Assembly: GCA_951406725.2 (NCBI GenBank)
Contig: OX597825.1
Coordinates: 88,722,001 to 88,786,000 of the forward strand
Direction of reading: 5' to 3'
DNA length: 64,000 nucleotides
DNA from: Octopus vulgaris
Taxonomy: Eukaryota
Below are positions 13,373 through 28,556 of this stretch, in pieces (the first letter of the stretch is position 1; each line of letters opens with the position of its first letter). Position numbers and translations under genes: made by a program. Below the pieces are notes generated by a model that was not told the DNA's origin, did not search any database, and saw only the letters and a list, made by a program, of their open reading frames with translations.

Positions 13373-13769
13373 GGGTGGCGGGGCATGGGGTGGGGATGTG
13401 GGTGGATGTGTTGTGGTGGTGTATGGGGATGTAATGGTGAGGTGTGAGTGTAGGAGGTATCAATGATGAGAGGAGGGGAAGTAAGCCCATATGGCGCAAA
13501 GAATCGAAGAGAGAAGATTACATTTGTTCACGACGAAGGTACCGTCAAAACAAAATGGTAACTGTCGAGTTTATATCCTCTCTGTTTTCTAATTTGTCGT
13601 ATAAATCAAGAGTAAACCACTTGTTACCCCCGCCCATATGTAATACCCAATTGTGAGATTGCCATGCAATAACTAGCACTTAGATATGAATAATAGGGTA
13701 CCCTACAACCAACAGTATGTTGGATAGGTACTATCCCTTAGTTGGTTTCTCAACCTCTAACTCATACAG

Positions 13770-13799
<30 letters not shown>

Positions 13800-13807
<8 letters not shown>

Positions 13808-15020
13808 CCATTTTCGAACATTAATGAATTCCCGAATATCAGCAGGGGCTTGTATAGAGACGATGCGTTATTCGCTATTTATGTCTCCCCTGCACAATTG
13901 ATTGATAGGGTAAAGAAAAGGTTAATTACATTCTTTAAGTTATATAACTTAGATAATATATTCTGTAAATGTCACTAATAAGCTTAATAAAAGCATTAAG
14001 TATATAGAAGTTTTATGAAATCATCCCCAAAGTGTTCTTGATGAAGAACCGCTAACTTATCTGCCAACGAAAAGACTTTTTGTAGCTTTGCACCCTTTTA
14101 CAATACAGCACTGGAAGACAGTGGATTCGATAGGAAGATATACTAAGAATAAAATATTTAAAAAGAAATTAGGTAAACTTTTTCCAAATCTTGCAAAATT
14201 AAACGTCGATACCCCTCCCCTGAACACCACCCGCCAAGCATCAGAACTGACACCATAATGGAAGAGATTGTAATTCGTTTAAATATAATAACTATACTGG
14301 GCGGAGTAGGAAGGACTCGGTGATAAAACGGGAAATTATCCGGAAACAGGAAATTACACCTCCTTTTTCCTTCCAAGTCATTAACATCCCTAAATTATTC
14401 TTTAGCATTACTGACAGGAATTTCCCATTAGGCCATAAATATCATCCCTTCTTACTAGATCCTGCCTTAAATTATTGTAGTCAACAATGCCCAATCAAGG
14501 ATCTGTAATTGCAGCCAATAATGGATCATAACTTAGAAATAATGGTATCCAAAGAGATGATAATATAGCTGACCTTAAGATAATAATATGAATTCTGATA
14601 GTAAAAACCTAAAGGCGAAGCGTGGAAATAAAACATGTTATCTCCGTAACCGGGATTTATGTCCTTTAAAAGGATTCTGTTTAAGGAGAAATGTCGTATA
14701 TAAAGTTGAGGCTTCAACCCTTAATGAATAAAAAAAAAAGAATATACGTAGGAAGTACAACTCACTTTAAGACTAGATATAGCGCACACACAAATTCATT
14801 TATTAATCAAGAAGCAAACAATAGCTACTCACATTAATCGATTAAGAATGTGCAATAAAGCATTCAGTATAGTTTGGTCTATTATAACGGAATGCACACC
14901 ATACAAAACATAGACCAGGAATGGTAAATTATGCAGAAAAGAAGCGATCTATACACTCTGTGCTGACAAAAAATTCTTCAGATTTCGGATGTCACTACAG
15001 TTTGTAAACATAAATGTTAA
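13800..15020 (+). pseudogene. Degenerate Penelope-like element (RT C-terminus plus GIY-YIG endonuclease)
   Basis: GLYRDD RT motif, PFYNTALEDSGF, FPLGHKYH, YVGSTTHFKTRYSAH; related to the 39.5-41k element. Confidence 0.75.
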
Positions 15021-15203
15021 TCAACTTTTACATTTTTTTTCCAAAACTAATTAGTTTAAAGGATTTTAACCTATTCATCATTTATTCACTTGGATTCATC
15101 TTGGATAAACACTGTTTATCTATAACTGCAGACTCTATTTCAACATGTAATTTTAGGTGTAATTATATCATACGATTGAATGTGATGGACTATTTTGATA
15201 GGA

Positions 15204-16665
15204 AGTCACATTTCGTTGTTACATAGTTCAATTTATTGTATCATCTTCTAACAAATACGTTGTTTTGCCGCCTTACGGCAGGTGTTGTTGAGGTTTAGCC
15301 TCTTGTTTGAAGGGGGAAGCGCGGTACAGTGGAGATGGAGTGAATTAGCTACTCAGAGTTGTTGTTGTCGTCTGAGTCGGAGATGGCAAGATATTTCGAG
15401 ATAATAGAATTTTGTATTGAGACGGTGAGAGACAAATCAGAAGACGTGTACACAGAAGATATTGATAAAATGAGAGAAACGATGAGAAAGGTGGGGACAA
15501 TATAAAGATGTCCCCTCCGAGAGAGACAACCGAAGATGTGTCAAGACGAGCGATAATGTATAGAATGTACAACGTAAACAACCCATCAAATATAGGAAAT
15601 ATAGCAGAAGTTGAAAGAGCTTTAAGGCGCCGATGGAGAGAAAAGAAATACCTGAGCGCAGGGAGAAAATTCACAATGATGGAGGTGTGGTGTACGTCTG
15701 AGGCTGTGGCTAGACAGCACGCCGTTGCTACCCTCAGAACGGAAGAGGCGATCCTTTTGTCCATATATCAGGAAAGACGGGCTTCACAGGCAAGTGTAGA
15801 TCCCTCCTGAGGTGGATACTGCATGTCTGGTAGCTGCTATTTCAATTGGAATGGAGAAGATTGTGGTCCTCCAGACGACAAGAGAGCCACCAACAATTTG
15901 GCAAGGGCAGTACCTGGAAATGGTATTCCAGATCGCCTCGGAATACCTAGAAAGGATGGTGGAAACTATCACAGTTGGTGAAAAAGTTAAGTTGAGACGC
16001 GCAAATGTTATTATTAGATCTGGCGAAAAAGTTCACATTAACGCTGAATGCCCCCACCCAGCACAAAGGCACCAAAAGAGACAATAGCGCCTACGGTGAG
16101 GTCGTGTGTGAGCGAGGAGGAGCCAGAGAAGATAGAACAACAATAGAGATGGACAACACAACAAAAATAAAAGGATAAAATCAGGAGAAAAACATGTGAA
16201 CCCTCACTCTACTCCCACCAGATTCCCCAAACCAACTGCTAGAAATATGTTACGCGTTAGGGTACAACAAGGCAAATGGAAAACTGAAGGATTATTTATA
16301 AAAGCTAAAAAGCGTACCTGAGTCAGTGGTCGAGAAAGATGATGAGGGTTGCCCGAAAACTCCGAATGCGTCCTGGTGAATGAGTAGGAAAGAACTAGGC
16401 TGATTAGAAACTTTGCGACAGAAATTAATGGCAAACCTCGTATCGGAGTCAAGTATGTTCCAACCTTCGGCGACCTTTAATGGATTTTAAGTGTTTTTAA
16501 GAAGTGTAAATGAAGTCGCTGGAATGTTGAGTCGAGTGGATTCGTACCCTTTCATTGTTTATGTTCCTTCCTACTCGTTTTTCTTCTTTTGTCCCCACTT
16601 ATATGTTTGTCTGCCCTTGTGTCGTGCTCTTATATTTAGTCCCTTTTGGGCGATAAATATAAAAA
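15204..16665 (+). mobile_element. Decayed ORF1/Gag-only non-LTR-like element
   Basis: ORFs 15508 and 15812 align by eye with the 57.5-58.9k protein (YLSAGRKFTMMEVWCTSEAVAR vs YMTKGLEYGTITVQFKSEKAAR); degenerate knuckle GEKVHINAECP; T-rich 3' UTR and A-rich end; no RT. Confidence 0.65.
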
Positions 16666-16777
16666 CATCCGTCACAGACCTCCGGTACTGAATATGATTT
16701 AGAATGTTGGAAAGTTGTCCGGTTATAAAGTTTGCTTCCTCTTATCCGCCTCAACTTTTTAGACACTTTTCTTTGTC

Positions 16778-17262
16778 AGTCACATTCTTTAGTTTTTTAT
16801 TATTGTTTCGTGTTTTAACAAAAAAAAAAAAACCTTTGTTTTGTTGCTTTACGGCAGCTTTGCTGTTACTTTCACTCTTGTTTGAAGGGGAAGCCCGGTA
16901 AAATGGTGATGGAGAGAATCAGCTATTCAGACTTGTTGTGTGAGGAGGAGCTGGCAAGATGTTTGGAGAAAAAAAGACAGAATTTTGCAGATGCGGTGAG
17001 AGAGAAATCAGAAGACGTGTCCTGGTGATCGAATGCGTTCTGGTGAACGAGAAGTAAAGGATCAGGCTGATTAGAAAGCTTGCAACAGAAATTTCTGACA
17101 CACAGACTGAAGTGGCCACCCACGCTGAACTTTAATGACTTTTCTCTTAATTAATCTTAAAAGTTGTAAATGAAGTCGCTCGGCTGTGGGGTCGAGTGGT
17201 TTCATTTCATTTCATTATTCATTTTACACCTTTCACTTTCGTTTTTCTTTTTTGTCCCCCAC
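16778..17262 (+). mobile_element. Internally deleted copy of the preceding Gag-only element
   Basis: Shares the 5' AGTCACATT start and CTCTTGTTTGAAGGGG...AAATCAGAAGACGTGT, joined directly to the 3' block CGAATGCGT...TGTAAATGAAGTCGCT...TGTCCCC. Confidence 0.7.
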
Positions 17263-17934
17263 CGGTAGAATGTGTCATAGACAGAATCTTTTACTCTTAG
17301 CGTTGTTGAGAAAAGCTTCTATTTTCAAACGCATTTCGTGTTAAAGTTATCGTATTTCGGTAATTTCAACCAATCAATGACGTGTATTCAGCTGAATAAA
17401 TTCACTGCTGTTGTTTGTCAACAACAGCTATAGGCGCGTATTTCTTCACACTTTTAAGATTAAATTATTAATAACAATATACCGTACTTGCCGCTTATTG
17501 GACGCCCTTTCAAATTTGAAGCTCTCTCTCTCTCTGATTAGAATAGCCGCGCATCACGTCGCCGGATTGTTTTAGATAAAAGTACACTGTACCTTCCATC
17601 TCTTGATTCCTGGTTGCAATCAAAGCTTGCGGATTATTATGCCACATCTATCAATATTTCACACATACACACTCTCACTCTCTCCCTCTCTCTCTCACTG
17701 TATCTGTCTCTCAGCAACAACAACAACAACCTCTCATTGTAGTAAACATCGCATTAGTGTTACTTGGGCTACCGAAGACACATCAAAGAGATACACACCA
17801 CGAGACCGAACGATAATTGATACTTTTCATCAAATACATTGTTTATTTCAACAGATAATTTTTAAGATCAGGAGCTAATATAGCCTAAGTGAAATTAGGT
17901 TACTTGCTGGTCTCTCTTTCTCTTTCTCTCTCTC

Positions 17935-17997
<63 letters not shown>

Positions 17998-18136
17998 ACT
18001 CAATTTCCCATTGGTGGTATGCGCATATTACACGAAAGGAAGATTTTGTAGGTTTTTTGAGAAAAAACATCATCCAGTAGCCATCTCGAGTATTTTGTTG
18101 AGTGCTGTTTTTCGCAGTGTGTATTAAGGCCCTAAG

Positions 18137-18268
18137 ATGTCGACCAAACGCTCTACATCTGCTATGGCTTCTGGCAGTGAACCTAAGCGGTAGAAAAAGG
18201 TTACGACGCTCCATAAGAAGGTACAACTGCTGGATATGTTCCGTGAAGGTAAAGTTATGCTGCAGTGA
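18137..18268 (+). pseudogene. Tigger/pogo transposase N-terminal (HTH_psq-like) fragment
   Basis: MSTKRSTSAMASGSEPKR*KKVTTLHKKVQLLDMFREGK. Confidence 0.55.
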
Positions 18269-18289
18269 AGTATAACATCTATAAAACTT

Positions 18290-18970
18290 CTGACACCTAG
18301 AAGTGCAGGCTCTGTGGAAAGAGGGTGGACAATGTGACCCACTTGGTAAGTGGATGTACGAGCCTTGCAGGAAAAGAATCCAAGCGCCGCCATGATAAAG
18401 CGTATGTGTATCTCCATTGGCTCTCATACCGTAAATATCAATATGGAGTAACTGAAAATTGGTATGAGCATGTACCAAGTAAAGTTCTGCAGGAGGATGG
18501 AAAAGTAACGATACTCTGGAACTGTGATTTTCAGACGGATCGGGAAATCGAACACCGTCGGCCGAATATTGTCATATTGAATAAGAGAGACAAATACTGT
18601 CAGATCATTGATGTTGCCATGCCAAATGACATTAATGTGGTGAGTAAAGAGGTTGAAAGAACCACCAAGTACTCCGAATTGAAAGTGGAAATGGCAAGAC
18701 TGTATGGAATGCGAGATGGTAATGTAAAAGTGATGCCAGTGGTGATCAGAGCGTTGGGCTCAATCCAATTGACACTTCAAGACTTCTTAAGGCAACTGGA
18801 AATCCCATGCAAGATTGATGTCTTGGAAAAAGCAACCTTATTTGGCAGAGCGCACATCTTAATGAAAGAATTGTCCGTTTGATGTATTTGTTGTAATTTG
18901 ACAAATGACTAAGTCTCCGGTGCATTTATACCTACACTCTGTTACAAATTAATAATAATAATAATAATAA
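18290..18970 (+). mobile_element. R4/Dong-type LINE 3' fragment: CCHC finger plus restriction-like endonuclease (ORF 18325-18882)
   Basis: CRLC...HLVSGC...RRHD, RRPNIV, IIDV; (TAA)n tail. Confidence 0.88.
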
Positions 18971-20434
18971 ATTGAGGATTATTAATATATGTTATAAATT
19001 CGAACAGACAGTAACTGGTTGTCATTATACTACTCGGAGTACTCCGAATACTATAATGACAACCTTTTACTGTTTGTTCTAATTTATAACACACACACAC
19101 ATACACACATATATATATATATATATACATATAGTATTGCATAATAACTCTAATGTGTATATATATATATATATGGGAGAATTCACAAAAAAACAAAAGA
19201 CGAAGACAAGTGGTGTAGACAATATACAGATGTAGTGCACACACACACACACATATATATACATACATGTGTGTGTATGTGTCTGCAACAACCTTTTAAA
19301 AAGTCAAATAAACATTTTTATGGTCGAATAAGTCCCCTACACACACAAAATAAAATAAAAGCAAATTATTAAACAATAGGGTTGAGTCAAAGGAATTTAG
19401 CGTTAATTTGCAAACATTCACATCTGCAACCATAAAACTTAGGAACAAATGATCAGAGGAGGGATTGCTTAATAGGAATGCATAATGATATTTAAAAGAG
19501 AAATTATCGCCTCCGATAATTATGAGTAGCACTTTGGTATATTGACTGATTTGAGAGTTCCACAAGCATGAATTTTTAATAGGAGCAAATTAAATATGCG
19601 TTTTAGAAAATGCAATTAGAATGAAACTAAATTAACTGGACTGCTTAATTTCAAGAAGTGAAGAAAGATGTGATCATAACTTAAATCGTTCCGGTAAATT
19701 ATTTTCCGCTTAAAAATCAACCTGTCAGCTTAGATATTTCAGCCATTTTTTTTTTTTTTTTGGCTTCTGAAGAAAACATAAATGCTTGATAACCAGAAGG
19801 GGTTTGAACAGACGCGGAAAATGATTATAATACAAAGTGTCCCCGAAATAAAATTGCTGATCAAATCCACAAAAATTGTAATAAGAGAAGTGGGTAGTTA
19901 ATTGCTAGTATTTCGAAATTTTAATGGTTACAAGATGATGCGTATTGTTGCAAATACCTTGAGGTACCACGTAATGATAAGATTAATAAAATTATAAAAA
20001 ATTACCTTAGCCTGCACAACCAACCATACTTTACTGTTCAGGTTGTATTTCACGTATATTACAACAATGTAATTTATGCTATTCCTTTAATTATCTAACA
20101 AGTGATACACACATATATAGTCAATCATGCACATGCACACACACACGCACATACATATACACGTACACACACTCACGGGCACGCCCATACGGACACCCAT
20201 CCATGCATCTAGATGCGTATAACAGACGTTTCTGTTTAAAATCAGAACCAGAAAATTGTGCACAAGATAGTAGAAACGGAAAGAAACAAATTACAAACAA
20301 TTGTAATGAAACAGCGTATGGTCTGCTTCTAGAAAGTTCACAAATTTCTTTCATTACGAGTATTCTCTGAGAAGTATCATATTTTTCTAATAATCATGTG
20401 TGCGTCGTCATTTGGAAGATGTTTGTGTTTGTGT

Positions 20435-21485
<1,051 letters not shown>

Positions 21486-21487
21486 TG

Positions 21488-21644
21488 TCGTAGCTCTGTG
21501 ATAAGTAGCTTGCATCCCAACCACATGGTTCCGGGTTCAGACCCAGTGCCTGACAATTTTGGCAAGTGTCTACTATAGCACCGGGTCGACCAAATCCTTG
21601 TGAGTGGATTTGGTAAACGGAAATTGAAAGAAGCCCGTCGTATG

Positions 21645-21692
<48 letters not shown>

Positions 21693-21878
21693 TGTTTGTC
21701 CTCTCCACCATCGCTTGACAACCGATGCTGGTGTGTTTATGTCCCTGTAACTTAGCGGTTCGGGTACCGATAGAATAAGTACTAGGTTTACAAATAACAA
21801 GTCCTGGGGTCGATTTGTTCGGCTAAAAGCGGTGCCCCAGCATGGCCTCAGTCATATGTTTGGAACAAATAAAAGATT
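21488..21878 (+). mobile_element. tRNA-derived SINE with internal (TG)n
   Basis: Homologous to 1376-1715. Confidence 0.85.
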
Positions 21879-24800
21879 AATAGAATTCACACAGATTTGC
21901 TTTCGGGTTCTTTTCCAGGTAAGAAAAACTGAAGGACCGCTGCAATAACTGGGAATCTGAGAAGGGAATAAGATCATAATTAACTAATCTTCCTCTATCT
22001 TTGTTTACCCAAACACAGGAAGATATGTATGCGCCCGCGTGTGTGTGTGTGATTGTGTCTCTGCGCACGCACGTTTTGCCTTCTACTTGGAAATCGCCAT
22101 GAAAACAGAAATATCCTCTTTTTAATTCTTCGATATTGTGTCAGTCGTGTTATTTGTCTGACTGCTCGCCTAGCTTTTGGCGTCTTGACGTTTCACTTAG
22201 AAATTTTTTTGTCGGTGAACGCAAGTGAATACCGTTAAGACAATACGTCTCTGTTGCGCACACCGGTCTACGCTGCAAGGAATATTATGCATTTAATATT
22301 TTAACGGAAACAAATAAATGTGATTATTTCTAATGAATGCCGTTGGATAAAGTCGATACATATTACATTTACAGGTAGTTTGACATATATGTGTGTTGAT
22401 TGTTTGCTTGTGTCCGTGTGTGTATACTACCATGTGTGTATATGTGTGTGCATGTGTGTTCGTTCGAGTGTATATATGTATTATTGTGTAAATTTGTGTG
22501 AATGTACACGTGTAGATGTGGGTGTATGAACTAAATATTCTAATGATTCAACACCGCAAAAATGGAAAGGAAAGCTTTAAAATTGAATATCAATAATTTA
22601 AATTCAAATATAAAACATGACTATTTTAATAATGCGTGTTATTCATGAAGTGGGCAAGAATTGGTCATTTTTAGATGTGAAATTAAATACGAAGTTATTT
22701 CTTTACATCGAATATTGATTGTATTTGCGAAGCTAACAATGTAACGATTGCTATTTTAACAGAGCTGCCATTTAAACACATGTCCACCGGAAACAGAATT
22801 GCATGAAGTTCAAATTAGGATTTTGTTGTCGTGGGCTTTTATTCTCAAACTCATTTTTCAATAAAATCATAATACATCCCAAAAATTGAAATACAATAGA
22901 ACCTAAAGTTCTATTTTTATCTTATATTCTGAAGCTCACAATGCTGACATTCTTCCGTTAATGAAAATTATTTTTCAGACTCTTTTTCTTTCTGCAGAAC
23001 AAGAAATTATTGAGTCCCTGTCAAGCTTCATTACTTCACATTCATAACCATTAACATTCACTGAGGACGTGTGGAAATGAATTCTCGTCGAAATCATACT
23101 GCGTACAATTTCTAATTTACCGATCGCTGTAAATCTGACACACACCAAAAGATCACATACCTATGCAAGTTAGGTTGAGTAATTGTAAAAGGGGGCGGCG
23201 TTTAACTGGATTCAAACATCTGAAAAAACCTGAAATATGAACCGACTTTCCTTTTCTCGGTTTGTTCTCGTACGTCATCACAGTTTCTCTATTAACGAGA
23301 ACAATATCTTAACATGCAACTTACTATTGTTTATATGATCACGTGATTACTATTCATAGACAAATTTCAAATCAGATACGACTAGAGATCTTGCTTGAAA
23401 ATGGTGTAATACTCTCGACTCTCTGTGTTTTACTCTCAAAGCCAGTTTATGAATCTCATTAAATTGTGCACCCTTTACATTTTCTTATTGTTCCACTAAT
23501 GATTTTATTTATCGTTTTTTGCTTTATAAATAAGTCTTTCGGAAGTACATATTCGAATTCGGAATAAAAGAGGTTGCGTGACTTTCTTTAAGCTCGATGT
23601 AACTAATGAACCTTTTCTTAATAAATACAATCAATAAACGTAATAATTTTTATAACAAAATCAATAATAATAAGAGAAAGATCTTTTATTACCAACAAAA
23701 GCGCATTTATATTAGAAATTATGAAAATGTGTTTTACAAGATGTGCATTACTGGTTAGATCAGACACATAGGGATATGTGAGGACATGATCTCATACGAC
23801 AAATTGAAAACTTAATAAACGCAAAATAAGTGTAAAAGTGTTGAAAACCTCTAATTTAAAACAATATATAATGAGTGTGATGACTTTCAAAGCATTTGAG
23901 TTCTACAAAATCACTCCAGTTTGAGACCAAGCCTTTCCTGCTCGCCTCTGGCACAATATACTGCCCTGGGGAGGGGGGGGGGGTCGAAATCACATGTAAA
24001 CATTAAAGTTCTGAAGTGTATTCTACATTTTCCTGAGGGAGGAAATATAAAGCTGACCACGGAATAATTTGATCTCTGTCTGCAGAAATCTGGAATGAAT
24101 ACCGCACCAAATACTGCATCGCAAATACACTGATTCTCATGTATATATACATTCAAACATACACACATACACCCACATATGTATAAGTGTGTATGTGTGA
24201 GTTGTATATGCGTGCGTAGAGCGCTACATTTCATCTAAGTTGTTGTGATGCTGGATATATATTTGATATTAGAGAAATAACATTCTGTGAACATATGGTT
24301 TGCTCTAAGTATAATCTATCGCTTTATTATTTGTGCTTGTTTTTACGCATCTTCACTATTGGAAAAGCGTTTAAAAATTTGAAATGGAATTGATTTTTGT
24401 TTTCCTGATATTTTGCGCACATAGATCCCCTATGTTACTTCAAGCGGTGTATATTATTTTTATTTAAATCTAGGTATTTTATTAAATATTGGCATCCAAG
24501 GAAATATTTGTGATATTTTTTAAGGGATTATAGTTTATTAAAGAATTGTACCGATTCACAAAATATATTGATTTTCACACACATACACACACATATACAT
24601 ACATACATTAATACCTCCATACATACATTCATACCTCCATACCATACATACATACATACATACATACATACATACATACATACATACATACATACATACA
24701 TACATACATACATACATACATACATACATACATACGTATGTGTGTGTGTGAGTATTTATGATTTCCTCTTTGAAGACTTCTCTAGAAATCTTTTCAAGTC

Positions 24801-26039
24801 TTTGGTTGATATTGAAGCGAATGCCTTGGAAGTGTATTTTTTCTTATATATTTTCGTAATTTGTTTCCCTGTTAGAATAAGAATGTCGGGTACTGTGTAT
24901 TTTAAATTTACGATGGTATCATAATCGAAATGTTGAGTAGAAGATCCGAAGGCTCCAGAACATCTCAAACTTTAAATATCCGCCTCCACAGCAATCAACC
25001 ACTTAAATCAACTTGTGTTGCAATATCTTTGGTTTTCTGAAATCCAGCCTTGCATTTCCTAATTCGGGACGTCTCAAATACCTTACTTATGCAGGCAAAC
25101 GTATACAATATTAAGGATCATATAATTCCTTTAAGCTCAGAATGAGACATCCGTGTATTAGTTTTTTTTTTTTTTTTCATTCTGTTGTAGGATAGAAAAC
25201 GAAACTGTACTGATATATATATATATACTTAACCCGTGGAAAGAGAAGTGAAAACTACGTCAAACGGATTCATTTCGCATATTCATCACATCGCCCACCT
25301 ACTCATTTGAATTCTTACTAACTTCAAACGGTTGAAGTTTTAAAAGATATATTTTATTACATTAATCTACTTCATCAGATTGATTTCTTTTTTTACTTTT
25401 TTTTTGGTTTGTCTTCCTTTTCCACCATTTTTGTTTTTCTCATTTCTGTAAGTCTCTTCTTTTTTTTTTTCTTAACACCCACAGATCTTTTCTCCTAACG
25501 AAACAACATTCGCTTTCCAAATTATTGTCAATACAATCACTCTCAGTTATGCGTAACGTTTTTGATATTTTTCCGATTACAAACAAAATATTTCTCCTGA
25601 CATCTCCAAAAGTGACGCCCGTGTCATTTACTATGACAGACTATAGTTTACTAAAAGTCATTTACCTTGATGAAAGCCGAAGTGTCTATCTGTATTTTTC
25701 TTATAACATTTCTTCCTAAAACCCCTAAATTACATGAAGATAGAAAGCCTGAAAGAGTACAATGGCTTCAAATTCGGAAAGATACTATAGCACATTACCT
25801 CCGTTTCTTTTATAAATAGCAATACGGATTTTAAATTTATGTATGAAGTACAATATTTTGAGAAACTTCTGATATACAGAAATTATGTGAGTGTGTGCAA
25901 ATATATGTGTAAATGTATGTATACTAAATATGTATAGATGTGTGTATTGTGTAGATAGATAGATAGATAGATAGATACATACATACATACATACATACAT
26001 ACATGCATGCATGCATACATACATACATACATACATACA

Positions 26040-26073
<34 letters not shown>

Positions 26074-26465
26074 CATATATATACATATAGATATATACAT
26101 ACATACATACATACATAAATGGGGTTCAAAATTCACGACAGCTTTTCCGGTAGAATTTTACTGATGTATTCTTACATGACATGATGGTAAAAAGCAGCCA
26201 CCCTGATGTAAATGTTAAGCATATAAACAAGTAAGACAGAAATAGAAGAAAATTGTTCACGGATAACCACGGCGAGCTAGTCGCCTTCTTTTTCCCACTT
26301 ACCTATCTATATGTTTAGATTTTAACGGAAGATAGCAGATTGTTGCCATGACGCAATAAAATAATGCAGCAATAACATGGCGCCGAAACAACTGTTTTGG
26401 ATTCTGAACCACACTTCTTGTGTTCCACATTATAAATAGGCAATAGACTATATTTGGAACCACCC

Positions 26466-26521
<56 letters not shown>

Positions 26522-26552
<31 letters not shown>

Positions 26553-26697
26553 CCCTAAAACTTGAGAATTACACAACCAATTTCATTCAAAATTTACATA
26601 TGCCTTACTTAGGGTCTATGTAGTGTCATGGGCAAAAATTTTAACTTCTTGCCTCTGGCGAGCCCACAGCAGTATCATATCTTCTCCACTATTTCAG

Positions 26698-26703
<6 letters not shown>
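26522..26703 (+). mobile_element. Helitron 5' fragment (family of 56915-59603)
   Basis: Reverse-complement match to ~59405-59570. Confidence 0.6.
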
Positions 26704-26751
<48 letters not shown>

Positions 26752-26794
26752 ACATACAAACACACACACACATATATATATATATACATACAAG

Positions 26795-26941
26795 GCGGGG
26801 GTTTCTTTCAATTTCTGTCTAGCAAATCGACTCACAAGGCTATATTAGGGAAACACTTGCCCAAGGTACCACGCAATGGAACTGAACCTGGAACCATGTG
26901 GTTGGTAAGCAAGCCACTGACCAAACAGCCATCCCTGCGCC
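26795..26941 (-). mobile_element. SINE 5' half
   Basis: GAACCTGGAACCATGTGGTTGGTAAGCAAG is the reverse complement of the SINE head. Confidence 0.75.
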
Positions 26942-27244
26942 TGTTAAGTAACATATTCCTATAAAATGCATGCAGTACCAATAATAAGCCGTTCATTGCT
27001 CTTCATTAGAATATATTTTCATGTGCGTTTTTTTACTGAATCAAATATTTTCAGTAAATTACATTCGGCAAGAATTTCCTGTCTTGTATATTAACATTTT
27101 ACAAACGGAATACAATACCGAACGGAACATTTATTATTGAATTATGAATCATGTGTTAGTTGTGACTCATTTTATAATACTCTTAACAAAAATGTTCATA
27201 TAATTAAAATATCACTCTACTACCACCCTACTAGCATGATGATG

Positions 27245-27287
<43 letters not shown>

Positions 27288-27297
27288 TAATAATAAT

Positions 27298-27845
27298 GAG
27301 GTAACTAGAATGTGGAATGGAAATAGAGGTAACTAGAATGTGGAATTGGAAATAGAGGTAACTAGAATGTGGAATTGGAAATATAGGTAACTAGAATGTG
27401 GAATTGGAAATAGAGGTAACTAGAATGTGGAATTGGAAATAGAGGTAACTAGAATGTGGAATGGAAATAGAGGTAACTAGAATGTGGAATCTGGAAATAG
27501 AGGTAACTAGAATGTGGAATCCAAAATACAAAGACCTGGAAATAGAGGTAACTAGAATGTGGAATCTGAAAACAGAAACAATTCCTATCATAGTAGGTGC
27601 ATTAGGCATGATAAAAAAAATATTCAGACAAATACATAACAAAAACACCAGGACTTACAAACACATATAACATACAGAAAATTGCACTACTAGGCACTGC
27701 ACACATCCTACGCAGAACACTTTCCATACAATAACCATCAGAGCATCACAACAAATCACAGCACATACCCAAGGCACACAGAGCTGCGCTCGGTAGTGAA
27801 GTGAAAGCACGCTATAAAAATAAAAATAAAACTACTGAATAATAA
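27298..27845 (+). mobile_element. R4/Dong-type LINE 3' end in a (TAA)n tract, with a ~29 bp tandem repeat at its 5' junction
   Basis: KYKDLEIEVTRMWNLKTETIPIIVGALG, IQKIALLGTAHILR; TAA flanks. Confidence 0.85.
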
Positions 27846-27860
27846 TTATTATTATTATTA

Positions 27861-27894
<34 letters not shown>

Positions 27895-27934
27895 CATTAT
27901 TATTGTTATTATTATTATTATCATTATTATTATT

Positions 27935-27969
<35 letters not shown>

Positions 27970-28039
27970 CATCATTATTATTATGTATTAGCGTTTGTGT
28001 TTCTTCAGGTGCTGACAGGTCAGAGCAGCGAAGAACGCG

Positions 28040-28556
28040 TCCAGCCGCTGCCACGTGGAAGTTATTGACTGGAATTCTCGCAGAGTCAATGTATGAACAC
28101 CTGGGGGAAAATAGAGTCCTAGCACGTGAGCAGAAGAGTTGCAAGCTTAAGTGCAGATGTACCAAAGATCAACTCCTGTAATTAGAGAGTGCAAGAGGAG
28201 GAAGATTAAGTTAACCATGTCATGGATCGACTATCGTAAAGCGTACGATATGGTCCCACATTCTTGGATTATGGAGTCTATAAACCTATTAGGAACGTTG
28301 AGCGATTGCTAGGAAAATGTATAGCGAATTGGAGGACATGACAGCATACGGAAGAAGTTTAGAGACACTAGAAATTAGGAGTGGTATCTTCCAAGGGGTC
28401 TGCCTGTCCCCATTGGTCTTTGTATTGTGCTTGATACCACTGACACCGATTCTGAGAAAAGCAAAAGCTGGGTATGTATTCAAAAGCCACCAACAAATTT
28501 CAAAACAAGTCAGTTTCCTCGTTGATACGGTGTATAGCATCAGTGCTGACATCAGA
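28040..28556 (+). pseudogene. R4/Dong-type RT fragment, followed by an isolated SINE/LINE tail (~28560-28605)
   Basis: TWKLLTGI, TKDQLL, WIDYRKAYDMVPHSWI, GIFQGVCLSPL. Confidence 0.82.

Noticed and set aside
21890-22280. CpG-richer stretch with CAG/GTAAG as a possible host exon or promoter (similar stretches at 0.8k, 23.9k, 29.8k)
   Set aside because: No recognisable coding frame or consistent splice pair; unsupported without transcript data
25315-25390. Minus-strand CTGATGA hammerhead candidates (also ~29830-29880 and plus-strand ~12590-12620)
   Set aside because: Stems I and II do not pair or the GAAA is missing
27298-27570. CRISPR-like ~29 bp repeats
   Set aside because: No spacers, eukaryotic context, and the unit derives from LINE coding sequence
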